A DNA stretch of 63,894 nt, counting the filler, from Dirinaria sp. TL-2023a (taxonomy: Eukaryota): NCBI GenBank assembly GCA_051941275.1. It is 3 parts of 3 records of this genome, joined end to end, with 100 filler letters (N's around TTAATTAATTAA, not from the genome) between each part and the next. Parts side by side here need not be neighbours in the genome. Positions count along the whole stretch, not along the records: positions 1 to 21,530 come from JAVEBF010000255.1; positions 21,631 to 43,115 come from JAVEBF010000256.1; 1 more part is not named here. One strand, given 5' to 3'. Under the pieces are notes generated by a model, which made no database searches, was not told the DNA's origin, and worked only from the letters and a program-made list of their open reading frames with translations. The translations under genes and the position numbers were made by a program. Positions within the stretch are counted from its first letter, which is position 1; each line of letters starts with the position of its first letter. Of this stretch, positions 13,221 to 26,400 are shown piece by piece.

Positions 13221-14399
13221 ATGTCGAACTTGAAGGAGCGGCAGCCTCCAGTGGAAGCTGATACACAACCCCCTGGCCATATCATGTCCGAAGAGCCCGA
13301 GTCTTCCCTCAATTTGAACGAAACGTCTCGAAATGTCCCCTCAACTAGGCATGCCTATTCAGATCCTTCCCAATCATCTGGGTTGTTCGCCGACAATATG
13401 AATCCTCGTCTCGAAGGGCGATCCTCAACAGCTGATCAACCCTTGCCCACCATAGGCGAGCAAACAATTGGTCAAGATAATTTTGCTGCTGCGGCAACTC
13501 TAGGATGCGCCAAGGTATCATTTGATGGTGTGCACTCTCTTGCTCTTGGCGAATATTGGAAAAGACGACACTCGCTCAGGAATATGGTCAATTTAGATTA
13601 TCTATCACTGTCCGAGATCACCTTTGAATGGTGCGAAAGCTACGACTCAAAAGACTGGCAAAGGTAGTACATCAAAATCAAACTCAGATCATATTTGGAG
13701 ATTGATATCCTAATAGAACGCAGGCTTCACGCCATCCTCGCCCCTACTTTATCGGTTAGTAAGCAACATCCATATTCCTCATTCCTCCAATTACTATGCC
13801 ACTTCTGTACCTGAAATATTGATGCATCACACTTTATGTTATTCAATGTTTTCAGTTCTCTTCCAGGAGCAAATTTAGCTGTATAGCCCAATTTTTGGAA
13901 GCCCAAAAGCAGAAATTTTCGAGCAGAGTGTCAGGGCGGGAGACATCTCAACTTCAATGTACAAGATGAGCATATTTTGGTCGGATGTTGCAGAGAAATA
14001 TACGCTGCCGCAACGGCCCCTTGTCTGCACTAACTAATTTGAAATTTATAGATCGACTACAGAGATGTCAACGGATGTATGTGGAAGGATCTCCCAAGGG
14101 AGGAATTCGTCCAGACTATGAGTCGCATCGGCCTACTTGGTGATCCGTTGATCCAAACTCAGCACCTCATTGGGGCATCGAAATGGCAGAAAGTCCACGA
14201 CAACTTTGCAATCGGCCATCATCAATTGAGAGCAGCCCATCAAAGATATGCTGACCCCGATCGTAACCATGTCCAAACCAAAGGGTATGGGTACGCTTTC
14301 GTCCAGCATTTCTACTCAAGGATCGAGGGCGTGTGGAAGCTGGCGGGGTTGAAAGTGACGGTTCGTTGGAGCGATCGCGATATTCGGAGAACTTCGTGA
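13221..14399 (+). CDS. Scytalone dehydratase-like protein (divergent; possibly C-terminally frameshifted); 4 exons
   Basis: Introns 13528-13596, 13664-13723 and 13755-14051 join VSFD-DYLSLSEITFEWCESYDSKDWQR-LHAILAPTLS-IDYRD...LGDPLIQTQHLIGASKW...GHHQLRAAHQRY...GVWKLAGLK, clearly the scytalone dehydratase family. The start codon is uncertain; the in-frame ATG at 13221 gives a ~95 aa polar extension. Confidence 0.85.
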
Positions 14400-17300
14400 A
14401 CATTCTAAGATCATCAAAGGTTCTTCTAACATATATCTCCACCGTACTATTCCAAGACGGTCAAGCAGGCCGTCATGAGACCAGTCAATTCGAAGTTCTG
14501 CGCAGGTGGAGGATCGGACTTGGAGGATGATATGTTTCGAAGTGAGCCAGGTGTCTTTACACTGCGCCGGTCTGACTGCTATCACGACAGGAAGAGGCGC
14601 GGGCTGTGACACACATATGGTCAGCTGGAGCTCCTGTCATAATGCTATCGAACGAGGTTTCTGGGTGCCCATTGCTTGGACTTTCTTCCCCCGCAAAGGA
14701 AGACATTGCGCAATGAACCGAAGGCACCAATATAGCGCTGCACTCTACCGCTCCGGGCTCGGTATGAGGATAGGTAGAAGCCAAGCGTGCTGCAGAAGGG
14801 TTTCCGCAGGATGCCGTAGAGACAGCAGGTCCGAGAGAGGCAGTAATTCCGATGTTGGATCCCATTAATATCGTAGCAGGAAGAAAAGGGCCATCAGTCA
14901 CTCCAGTTAGGCGTGCTACTAGACAGTTGCTGCAAGATGCCGTGACAAGTGACAACAGCTTACCTTACCTTACTGTGGGGATCTCGCAGGATGTCAGCAA
15001 GGGACTTCGGACCAATTGCTGTGAGCTCGAAATCTTTACTACCCATCGGGGCTTGACGGGCCCGTCCAACGCTAAACCCGGAAAGTATCGGGGTGAACGG
15101 ACGGGCATGCATGGACCCAAAGGAGCCAGCGCACCATGCACCCGCTCTCTATCGAGCAAGGCGGGTGACGATCGGCCTTTGTTTTGGCATCAATCAATTC
15201 TCCGATCTCGTTTTCCTTGCAGCTTATGGGACTGGACTAGGGCGATAAGGCTTGCCACTGCCAGATAGCCGCAGCAAACGTGGCTCCTCATCCCATCACG
15301 ATAATCACGATCTGCTTTTTTCGTACCATCGATTTGTCTCTACATGTACACATTACGAGCAGAATCTGGGGAAAGGGAATCGCTGTGACCGGGTATCTTG
15401 ATAAGCCGCTTCCTAGGCCAGTCCCGTGGGGCATAGTGTATCTGAGAGATCTTAAAAAGGGCAATTGAGTTCTTACTTAATATATTAATTCCCTGTATTT
15501 CGACCCGGGTCCTCAACGTTCTTCGTTCCTATAGGAGGCGGGTGATCCAGTGGGGCCGGTGGAATGTTAAGAGGTCACTATTCATGCGTCTAGCCGGATC
15601 GTGGAGTCATCATCCAGGAGGCCTGAGCCTCGCTTATCTCAGCAAATTCTGAGGGAAAAGAATTATTGGGCCACTTTTGGGGAATTTTTGGGTTTATGGT
15701 AAGGTAGGTAAGGGGAGGGGTTTGTTTGGTGCTGCGCGGTAAGATTACGTTTCAGTACGGGTAACGAAACAGTTAGGGCATAGGGTCATCCTCCCCGGAC
15801 CGGTCGATCACAATGGAATGGTTCATCCGTTAGCAAGGATAGGAGAAAGCTTGATCGCACGACATGCAAGTGCTGGGGTCGATTGACGAATGACGAGGTA
15901 TCACTAAATGTGTCTTCCTTGTGCAACGGCCTTCGAGGAGCATTCGAGCCAGCCACTGCTCAGCTTTCTCACCGAGGCGTGCATTGTGCATTAGCCACTC
16001 CTATTATCTAGTTGAGCCGCATCCTTCCCATGACGAAGGTCGAAACGTTGATCTCACTGGACTCCAGCAGCGTGGGCTCATCTATGTACTGTAGGGCACG
16101 AGAAACCCGGGCGTCTGGAACGCGCATGGTCACAATGCTCCGACACAGCCTGATCCCGTAACCCGAAGCGTAAGGGAGGGAGGGAGAGAGAGAGACGTGC
16201 CGTGTTGGTGAGGAGAGATATGGCATCGCTCACCGTTCTTCCCTGCAAAAAGCGCGATTCTTTGTCATGTGATAGGTGCGCTCCATATGTCTGTCAGACT
16301 GTCAGACGAACAAATCATCAAGGCAAAGAATGCGAGATCTACACGTGTGCGACACCCACAAGTCGATGATGACTCCAACAAGCAAGTCACTTCCTCCCTT
16401 GCCGGTTCTGGGCCCGAGCTGCTAGCCGCAGATCAATGCAGCTCCCCTTGCAGCCTTGGAGCTTTGGGTACAGCCGACCCAATCGCTTCGTCGATCCGTA
16501 ACACGCCGGCAAGCTCGACACTATGCCCAACATGGTCATTTGATGTGTTCTGGTCAGGTTGTTCTAGTCGATCCTCCTCCAACCCGGTCCAGGCTGATTC
16601 TTCAGCCTGAATATGCACTCAAATGGACTCAACAGTCTTAAGCGCATGCTACGAGTACCACGTGGGACTTGATTGACTCTGCCAGTGTTTGCTCAATCGC
16701 CCAGGCGAACCGAACCGTGGTAGGGACTCCTCTGGACGAGGAGTCTGGTCTAGCAAAACTATAACCTTGTAAAGAGAAGAAAAAAAAGAAAAAAAAAACC
16801 CCCGATTTGAAAGTACTCGAACGAAGTATCAGAAGAAAAATGTCCATTATCCAGATTCGTCGAATTGATGGGTGCCAGCCTCGCCGCCACGCTACGTATG
16901 TACGTACAACTTGGCGCAATCGCTTACACTGGTAAATTGATTGGTGCGGCGCTTGCGTGCCTAGAAAGGCTAAGGAAAGCCTCATAACTTTGATAAAGTA
17001 GAAACGAGTAGGTACCTTTAGGATTACCATTATCTTTAATTAATTTGTTCCGAATTCCTCACATTCGATAACTCTCGACCAGCTTTCATATTTTCTGAAT
17101 CTCGGTCGACGAAGCGGGCTGCGACCAAGCCGACAAAAATGAGAGTCTCGCGATTTACGTGGGTGTTGCTCGTCATCGGCGCCTTCGTATCGCCATAAAT
17201 GAATTGTACCGGCAACTCCGGCTAATCAATGCGAAACCCTGTCTGCAGTTGGGTGGTCGAGGAAAGTATGGGAGTTCACGGCTGTAGCAAGGCTGACGAA

Positions 17301-20300
17301 CCGTGGTTGAGGACAGAACAGAATGTGGCACCCTCTAAATTTGAAGCTTGCCCATTGGTGAAACTACATTCTCCTGTCCGGATCCAGGAAGCCATCATAA
17401 ACGCTTGTGCAAATCCTGGCGACGCCTTTTCACCCTGTGGTGCCATGGAATTGGGCCCCTAAGACGCGCAGAACACACCACGGAAAAGTCGCTCTGGTCA
17501 CACGCTCTTCCCCAATTACGAATCATGGTGTTGCTCCACGGCTCATAGTATGCCTGCCTACCATCCATAATTTCTGAGCTTCACTGCATTCGATGATTCG
17601 GCTTACTCTTCATCGCGATGAATTGCTGGTGCGACAAATGTCCAAAATCCTGCGGCTTCCTTGACGGCGTAGATGGGTACAGGAAGCATCCCAACCAATT
17701 ATTACCAACCAGGATCACAAGATGCCATCACCTACGCAGGTAGCCAGTCTTCGAGCACAAACCACAGAAATGTTTCTCGAGACGTCTCTCTGAGGTTTAT
17801 CACGCATTTCTTACTCGTTGAAAAGTGTGTTGTACCATGTTGTCGTGTTAATATTCACGCGTCGTATGATGCCACAATTGGAACGATGGGCGGCTGACCC
17901 TCCACCAAATCCGTCTGTTTTCAACAAACCCAGCCAAAATTCAAGATTTCCGCTGTTTGTATTACTAATAAGTTGGGTTAGTATTGTCGGCTTGAATACT
18001 GGCAATCAAACAACAGCGTGGGTATATTCTTCATAATACTTCAAGACATGGGAAGAAGATTGCTGCTGTGCTCCAAATCGACCCTTCAATGTCGACTGAG
18101 CTTGAAAGATGTTATAGCTAATGTATTCATGCTAGCTCTCTGCCGACGATCAAACCTTTCAAAGCCTACCTAAACCGCAGTACAGAGTACATGCACATGC
18201 ACAAGAGACTGTTCGCAATTTCCAGTACACGAGCTGTATCCCCCAACGCGGCGTCTCCTGAACCTCATGTTCTAAAAAGCACGACGTCGGAAAAGAAGTG
18301 AATTGACACGCAAGACGATGGTGCGCACTCAATCTCACTCAATCTTACCCAATTTGAAGATTCTTTCTATGGCCGGTCGGTTTTGGCTGGCGTGCTGCAA
18401 AACATGTGTAGAAAGAATAGCATTAATGGAACGATCCCATGGGTTTCCTCTACATTGGAGTAAGCTCATGAACAAGATTTGATGCTTGCTCCCGCCGAAC
18501 AACGCTATAAATCGCAATCCGTTCAATCATAATCCCGGCACCAGGAGCCGAACCCGCGTACCACAGGGTACGCCGACCACAAAAAGCTATGCGCTGGAAC
18601 CTTGCTCGACCTTTGCGATACGTCAGGATAAGCTTCCCCGTCTGGAAACACATGGCTCGTATCGCTCCATCATGTCGCCGCGCTCTAACTCTGACATGAA
18701 ACATGCCCTCCAGTGATACAGCTTTAGAGCGTACATTAGCGGCTCAATTGGTGCCCCAAAATGGAAATACACACACGCATCAAAGCCAATTTCTGTGTCC
18801 CTACACCGGCATCTCGATAAGCTTCGATCTACAATCGACCCTGGGAAAAACACCAGCGGGCCGTAGTCAGACTGCATGTTTAGCATCGTTGTAAGTGCTG
18901 GAGTCCTAGGGCTTGTTGTAGGACGCCGGCAATCCTTTTGACAGGACAGCACATGCCTTATGACCTACCCCCGGCTCATTTCCACGTAAGCCGAAGCTTG
19001 CTTATTGGAAGCTGAATAAATATATAGCGCGATGCTTCCAAATTCATCTCTCTCCCCACCTCACCCTTTCTCCATATAAGTCGGAGGGCTGGCTGATAAG
19101 TCGTTTGACTTACACCAACCTGCTTACAGTACTTCTTTTACCACTGGCTTCTGTGTCAACCTTGCAGTCTGGTTCATCCTTTTTCAGGTTCTTCCAGCTG
19201 AGACCGTAGTTTCCCAAGCTTCCTTTTCCAATTCTTGCGTGGACGTTGTCCAGCGTCTTCTCTGCCATACCTCAAGCATGCTAGCCATCAGACAAACCAA
19301 TATCCATCTAGTAAAGTTGACCTCTATTGGGTCCGATACATACATTCTAATGCCTCTTTAGCATTATCCGAAGCTTTCGCGAGCCAAGAATTCACCACAG
19401 AATATTCTTACTTCAAGAGTATTCCTCGTCTTTCGTTCTCTGGCATTGGAACTTCGTTCGCCCCGATCTCACGAAACATGAATGATCGATCTTGGTTGGA
19501 CAACAGTCTTGTTCCTGAGCCTCGTCACCTTCAGTAGGTACAGTACTTTGAATGTAAGGTACACTGAAGAGTAAAGTAAGATAGGTTTTGGTTGGTAGGC
19601 GGGATACCCCAAGGACGTACGTAAGCGCTGCAACCTTCGTTCACTGAAAGAGAGGATAACTGGTGTGGGGTTTTTAGAGACATACATTCCAAGCACTGTC
19701 GCCATGAAACCTCTGGCTGCGATCGGTAAAGCGAATACCTGAGTCTGAGAGCGCTTGAGGAAGGAACGCCCTATGAAGAACCGCTGTCGACACCCACAAA
19801 GCATAAGAGCTACGGCGCACCAAATAACACAAATACATCAGCGACTTCAGATCGGCAGACGTCGACCTGAATATTTGATCTTATTAAGCCTTATTCAACG
19901 AGCGCTCTAACTGAGATCTGATCCCCTGTATATACAAGGCACGCGATCGCAGATCGCTTAGTTGCCTGTCAATATGCGTTGAAGGCTCCCAATACCGTAT
20001 CGTTCGTCGCGTATGACGTGCAGATACCAGGTCGCTAGCTTGACTGGAGATGTTCTTGCCGACCTCGAGACTATCATATCATCCGCTTGCGAAGTGCACC
20101 TCGGCTGGCAGCAAGGATCACCTGTACACAGTGCCGAATATGGATCTACTACTGTTGTCAGGAGAAGCCAATGTCTTTCGGATCCAGCAAGAACAATTAA
20201 GCACGAAATAAATGGCGCCCTTACCAGAATCGTCTTGCCCGTCGCATATTCGTCGCTATATCGAGTAACACGACAACTTCAATTTCTCGAACGCGATACC

Positions 20301-21043
20301 TCTGTACAGGGAGGGGGGGGTTGTTTACGTTGCCTGTAAGCACTAACTATACCCTGCTGTCTAATCCTATCCTATTCCCTCGCCTATCGCATTCGACACC
20401 ATACGACAGGGTTCTTGATTAGAAAAAAAAAACCACATTCAAAAAAGAAGGAAAAATCCTCGCGCAGCTAGCACCAGCACAAATACATCCATCCATCCAT
20501 CCTCACGCCCGAGATAGAGCTATGCATCAATCCATAGGAAAAGCTAAAAACCCCATAATTTGAAGACATCGCTCCCAAAGCAATCTCGTTCACCAGAAAC
20601 AACATCAATAATCTTTGTAAAAGAGTCGACGAATACGTGACAATTCTCGCGAGAACTTGATATGATAAAAGACAGAGTTCCCGTACTTGCTTTCCCCCCT
20701 CTTTCTTCTCTTCCCCCCCCCCAAACAAAGACACACTTGTATAGCCTATGTCCTGCGCGCGCGCCCACTTTCCTCGTTCCATCGTATGCAATTTATCTAT
20801 ATATTTTCTCACTCATTATAAAAGGACTTTCTCTCCGCTCCGCTCCGCTTGCTTTCTACTCGTACCATGCAAATCACTAATTTGGTCCTCCCCCCCCACC
20901 CCCAATGACATGTAAGATACTCTGGGCCATGTATGGGAAGTCAGGGGCACGTTTTTCGACTTAGGTCCAATTGGATCGAGCTATCTCATGCGTGTTCAGA
21001 TAGGAATGAGTGCCTCTTGTTCTGTTGGTGTGATTTTGCTTCA

Positions 21044-21100
21044 TCTCTTTCTCTTTCTCTTTCTCTTTCTCTTTCTCTTTCTCTTTCTCTCTCTTTCTTT
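21044..21100. repeat. (TCTCTT)n microsatellite
   Basis: About 8 direct copies of TCTCTT visible. Confidence 0.9.
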
Positions 21101-21530
21101 TTTCTTTCGTGGATCTACTTCCGTAGATTTTGTTTCTAATTACTATTGTACGAGTACGTTTACTGGTAATATCATCATTGAGAGTTTGTCTATTTTGACA
21201 ATTGCAGCTCTCAATATTGGGTTATTCGTATCATTCATTCATTAATTCCTTCGATTGTTTCCGTCCGTTATCTATGAATTTTCCTCGCTTACTGCCAGTC
21301 ATCCTTGAGATTCGTACACCCCTGTGCCAGACAGACATAGGATACAAAACCCCTCCACCTACTCCCAAATCCCCCTTCTTTCTAAATCCCTACCCACCAT
21401 ACTCCTCCCGAAAAACCATACACCGCGCCTTGCCCCCCTCATCAATCCAACACCGAAACATGCCCCCGCAGTTAAAATCGAACACAACCTCCCCATTCCC
21501 ATTCCTCAATTCGATCCCGATCATGCCCCC

Positions 21531-21630
21531 NNNNNNNNNNNNNNNNNNNNNNNNNNNNNNNNNNNNNNNNNNNNTTAATTAATTAANNNNNNNNNNNNNN
21601 NNNNNNNNNNNNNNNNNNNNNNNNNNNNNN
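21531..21630. other. Assembly gap / artificial contig spacer
   Basis: 44 N + TTAATTAATTAA (stop codons in all six frames) + 44 N. Confidence 0.97.
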
Positions 21631-22029
21631 TTATTGCGGCCAACGGTTTTTCGACATGTACCTCGTACTTTCAGTCCTGAACTTATACTTGACTGCTTTT
21701 TTTTTCCCAAGCCACCTCTTTTCTCCCCTGGACCTTCCAATGACCCTCCTTACTTTGGTACCTTGCTTATCCAGATGTATCTTGACATCGACAAACAACC
21801 CCCCCTGGCATGGCCTCCGACGATCCACCCCCCTTCTTAAGCGATCAAGATCGACCGGCAATAATAATACCTTACCAGCGTCGTTTCCATCCCCAACCAA
21901 CCGCAACCCTCCTTTCATTTGCGACCCCCTCCCAACCCTGGAATGATAAATGCGCGTCTGGATAACGCAGGCTCGGCACGCTCGGGCATGATTTGAAATA
22001 CCTGCAAGTACATACAGTATGTACATCCA

Positions 22030-22030
<1 letters not shown>

Positions 22031-22061
<31 letters not shown>
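22031..22061. repeat. (AC)n microsatellite
   Basis: About 15 AC units. Confidence 0.95.
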
Positions 22062-22065
<4 letters not shown>

Positions 22066-23466
22066 GTACACACACCCACACTCATGGCGAGCAGAAAAGG
22101 ACCCCAGCAACCGCGTGGCAGGCCCCTTTTTCAATCTGCAGGCTTGCATGCGCATCGTACAGCGGAGGAGCATCATCTCGCAGCTCACACATCGCGCGCG
22201 TGGCCCGGAGCAACATGAACTCCTCCTCGCATGGTCCATGCTTCTGCTGATTGAAGCGCCAAGTCGAGCAATCGCGCCCCATGTGATGATTCGAAACGTT
22301 GTAAATCTTCCTATCTGCTGCTTGTCCATGTTCCCATAATCATGATCATAATGATAAAAAGTAATGTAAATGAACTAAGGGAGCGCGGGTCTACGTAAGT
22401 GCTTCTTTGCTTTTTTTTTGGGAGAAATGCCAGATTATCCAATGATCGAAGCGAACACCGCTGGTGCACGAACCCTGCGCTTCGCAAATTAAGCCACTGC
22501 TCCTAATATCCGATGGCGCTAGTGTATATCATCTCTGGCATCTGCTTTTTCACCCTGTCCATCTTGTCAGATTGTTCAACGGTCCAACATTCTGGTGTGA
22601 CTGGGAGTCCTCGGAGCAAAGTCCCTCCGACGTCTGCTCGATTGCCCTGACAGATTCAACGTCCGCCCATTCTGCTTCTACTCTGCAAGTGACGGACAGG
22701 TAGCCTTTCACCAAGGCCAGACTCCACGCCACTCAGGATGGATGGGCTGCTACTCGATTTCGGTTGGATGGTAACCCGAGGTAGACTTGCGGGCCGATTG
22801 GGATTTTCCTCTTTCAGCCAACAAACAGCATGGGGAATCTTTCTCAAAGGTACCTGCATGCTCGCCCTTGATCTTATCCTCGCCCTTATCCTCGCCCGTA
22901 GCACCTTTGCACAGGATCACTGCTTGACTGAGATGTAAGATGTGCTCTGTGCTGATCATTGCTCACAGCGTTGAAAGCCGAGGAGAAACGCCATACTTTT
23001 TGCGCAGGGCGCTGTCTGGAAAGCTCGAGGTGGGACAATGACGCTTATGATCACAGTACAATTTCCAGTACAATTTCCAACCTCCAAATTGGCCACGAAA
23101 GAAGCACAATGTGCCATAGATGCACACGGAAACGCATGACTCCATCAAATCTATCCCAATAACGACTGCCTTTTCCAATCATCCATGGCCCATCAACGTT
23201 CGTGACAAGTAGACTCAATGCCGGTGCAAGCAATTCGCTATCGCTCATCCCTCCCGAAATCAACCACGCCATCCCCTATGCAGACCGTATAGCCAGATGT
23301 GTCCAGATGACAGAAAAAAAAAAGAAAAAAAAGCACCCATTCCCTATTCCTTCGCCGTTGCCGGATTGCTCGCCGTTGGGTATACCGCCATCGTATGCTT
23401 CCAAAAAACCGACCGCTTCAAAGATGCTTTCAGTGCCAGAATTCGCCTCCCGTTTTCGGAACATCA

Positions 23467-26400
23467 TCATAGCCAAATGTCGCCCCCCTTTCCATCGACC
23501 CAATGGGCCCAAGCCTTCCCATAGGCATCCTCCAAGTCTCGCACCCACCTCTTCGTGTCGAACAGCGCGCTGGAAGTGCGACTTTCGTAAAGCATCTTCC
23601 TGAGTTCTGCTAGCCTCCCTCGTCCCATCCCGAGCTCGTCGATCCTGGTTGAATATACCAGGTCTGCGCCGAGCTCGATTGCTCGCTCCTCGTACTCTTC
23701 CTCGTCTTTCGCAATCAGCTCTCGAGCGGCCCTCTGCCCCTGAGGCGTCTTCGGTAAGGCTCCAGTCAGGATGGAAGCCGCCATGCGCGAGCACATTTTA
23801 TATTCATATCGTGGAAGCGTGAGCAAAGGTGTGCCGCTCCACAGCACGTCCGCTGCGGTGGTATGGGCGTTGCACTCGGGTGTATCGAGGAAGAGATCAC
23901 AGACACGTGCGCGCGCAATATGCTGGGATTTCGGCGCAACGTCCGTGAAAATGATCCGAGATGCAACTTCAGAGCCAACCCAGCGCAATGCAGTCTGCTT
24001 GAGATTGCTTTCCCCTAATTCTGGAAAACGAAGAAGCCACAGGATAGCCTTGGGGAGCCGAGAGAGAATACGTAACCAGGTCCGAAATGTACCTGGTTCG
24101 ATCTGCTTTGATATTAGGTCTCCATACAGACATTGAGGGATGTGACACATACCTTGTAGAGTTGATTGAAATTACCAAGTATGACCGTATCGTCAGCGAT
24201 ATCAGGAAATAATTCTTTGCGCATCTTCCACCGCCTTTTCTGCTCTTCGTTCCAGCTCAGTTGCCTTTCCTCGGCATCTGGAGCACTCTGTCGGTGATCG
24301 CAGCAAAAGAATGTATCTCGCGTGAAAATAATGTTCTCTCCGTACACCCAGTCTTCCTGATCATCATCGTTGTTTCCATCTCTGGCCTGGTCCAGCAAAT
24401 CTACGTTGCGTCGATTCGGCCGAAGGGTTTGTTGGGGAATGGCAATCTCGTCGGCCAACAGGTAGTCACACCATTCTGCACCAAGAGTGCCGGCGAAGCC
24501 CATGAATGACATCTGAATAGGCGCTGGGCGTGCTGCAAACACTTCGTTTCTGGCACCTCTCGTGTATCCATTGAGATTGATGAGAATGTGTATGCCATCA
24601 CTTACAATTTGCTTCACAAGTCGTTCAATTGGCCAAGAGGAAGCATCATGAAACACTGGTGCTTCCCGCTCGATCTGCTGGCGGTGCACTGAGCCATCGC
24701 TTGCAGTTATTGCGTAACAAAACGCCCTGACTCGGTGAACGTTGTGTAGGCCAAAGACGGACTGCATAAGATGGGCGAGAGGATGGTTGTTGAAATCCGA
24801 AGACACATAGCCTACATTGAGATGCGGGTTCGGTGGTAGTGGAGGTTGGTATATGTGCACTGGGAGCCAAGGAGCTCGTAAAGTAGAGCAAGATATCCTA
24901 AGGCCGTTGCGTTGCGATATCCGACGTATCTGCTTGGCGGTCAACGGGCAGGTGAAGGTGTGAAAGGGCAACACTGTGGGCGCGCTGGGGACCGCTAGGA
25001 GTGACGGTAGCTGTGGTCGTACGTAGTTGGCCAAATGGCAGGGCTTCCGGTCGATATACTTCCGATGATAGAATTGCCAAACAAGCCTCCTCGTAGCACG
25101 TTCGATGAGACGCACCACGCGAGCGCCTTCCCAAGGCTTGTCAGCCCACGAATTCATCGTCTTCAGCAGAATGGCGTCTTCACTCGTCGGCTCATGACCG
25201 CTGTCTAGCGAGTGTAGTTGCTTCAGAAGACGTTCGACATCCAAGTTACGAAGTACGCCTTTGCCCCACCACTCGCCTTCTCGAAGTTGCCTTTCCACGA
25301 TTGTGATCACTCGTGCTATCCAGCCGCTGCTACCGGGCGAGGAACGTTTCGAGTCGTATAGCATTCCATGTTCATCGACATGCCAGCGATCTCTTGATCC
25401 ACCAGAGATTCGGATTCCACCTCGACCGCTCCAATTGCATACTGAGTTTAAAGCGTTGGCTAAGCCGCATACTGCTTCAGCAAATTCTGGATTCGAAGCA
25501 ACCGCTTTCTTATAGTAACCTATGGCGTCACTGATTCTTCCACGATCCTTCACTGCGTTCGCCAGATTTGCTAAAGCTATATCGAACTTGCTATCACAGG
25601 AGACGGCCCTCTCGTACATCTTGATAGCCGCATCCAATTGGCCAATGTCCTTGAAAAGGCTACCTAGGTTTGTGTAGAGGTGGGCGTGGCCTGCATCAAG
25701 ACGAAGGCCATAGTGATAATACGCAAGCGCAAGGGCTATTCCACTGCCGGGTGTTACTCCAGGCACGGAAGGAATCTCTGTCTTAGCCATTCCCTTGTGC
25801 TTCTGTAAGGGCGTCGCTTGTGGAACACTGGCCAACAGAATGCCAACATTATTGGCAGTGGATGGGCTCGGTTGCAGTGACAATGATAGATAGTATAGAG
25901 CAAGAATGTCTTGAACTCCAGATGTAGCCCTAGGCCCGGTGGCTGTAGCACCACTAGAGGACATTCCGTCCTGATAAATCTTGGCTAGCGACAAGAGCGA
26001 GTTACTTATAATTGACACGGCTGCCTTCCGTGGGGCTTCCATAGTGATATCTGCAAGACCAGGCAGCTCACCCTTGGGAGGGAAGACCAAGTACTTCGTA
26101 TCTGTGGCTGCTTCAGGCATCAAGAGTACCGGTGCATCAGCTAACGTGGAGTTTTCATCCACCAGCCGGTCAGACCAAGCTTGGTTTATGAAGACTCTTA
26201 AGATCTTCTTGATCAAACCACGAACACCCAGATGGCGCTTGCCAGATCCGATTAAGATCGCGTTTTCGAAGGCCTCGGCGGCGCCTACATTGTCTCCCAA
26301 AGCATAAAGCATGTTGCCTTTTCCATGGATGAGTGCGAGCATTCTGCCATTATCACAATTCGGAATGGAATACCCGCTTGACCCAGTAGTAGTTCGCGTA

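Noticed and set aside
16433..16618. HVGHSVELAG resembling an acyltransferase GHSxG motif
   Set aside because: Isolated short match lacking the second Gly, with no flanking similarity; probably chance.
21575..21586. TTAATTAATTAA palindrome as a biological element
   Set aside because: Embedded symmetrically in N runs twice in the window; a synthetic linker.
21631..23272. Minus-strand ORFs downstream of OGT, including the 232 aa ORF 21631..22329
   Set aside because: They run through an (AC)n microsatellite and poly-T tracts, show no family motifs and gave no consistent splice model.
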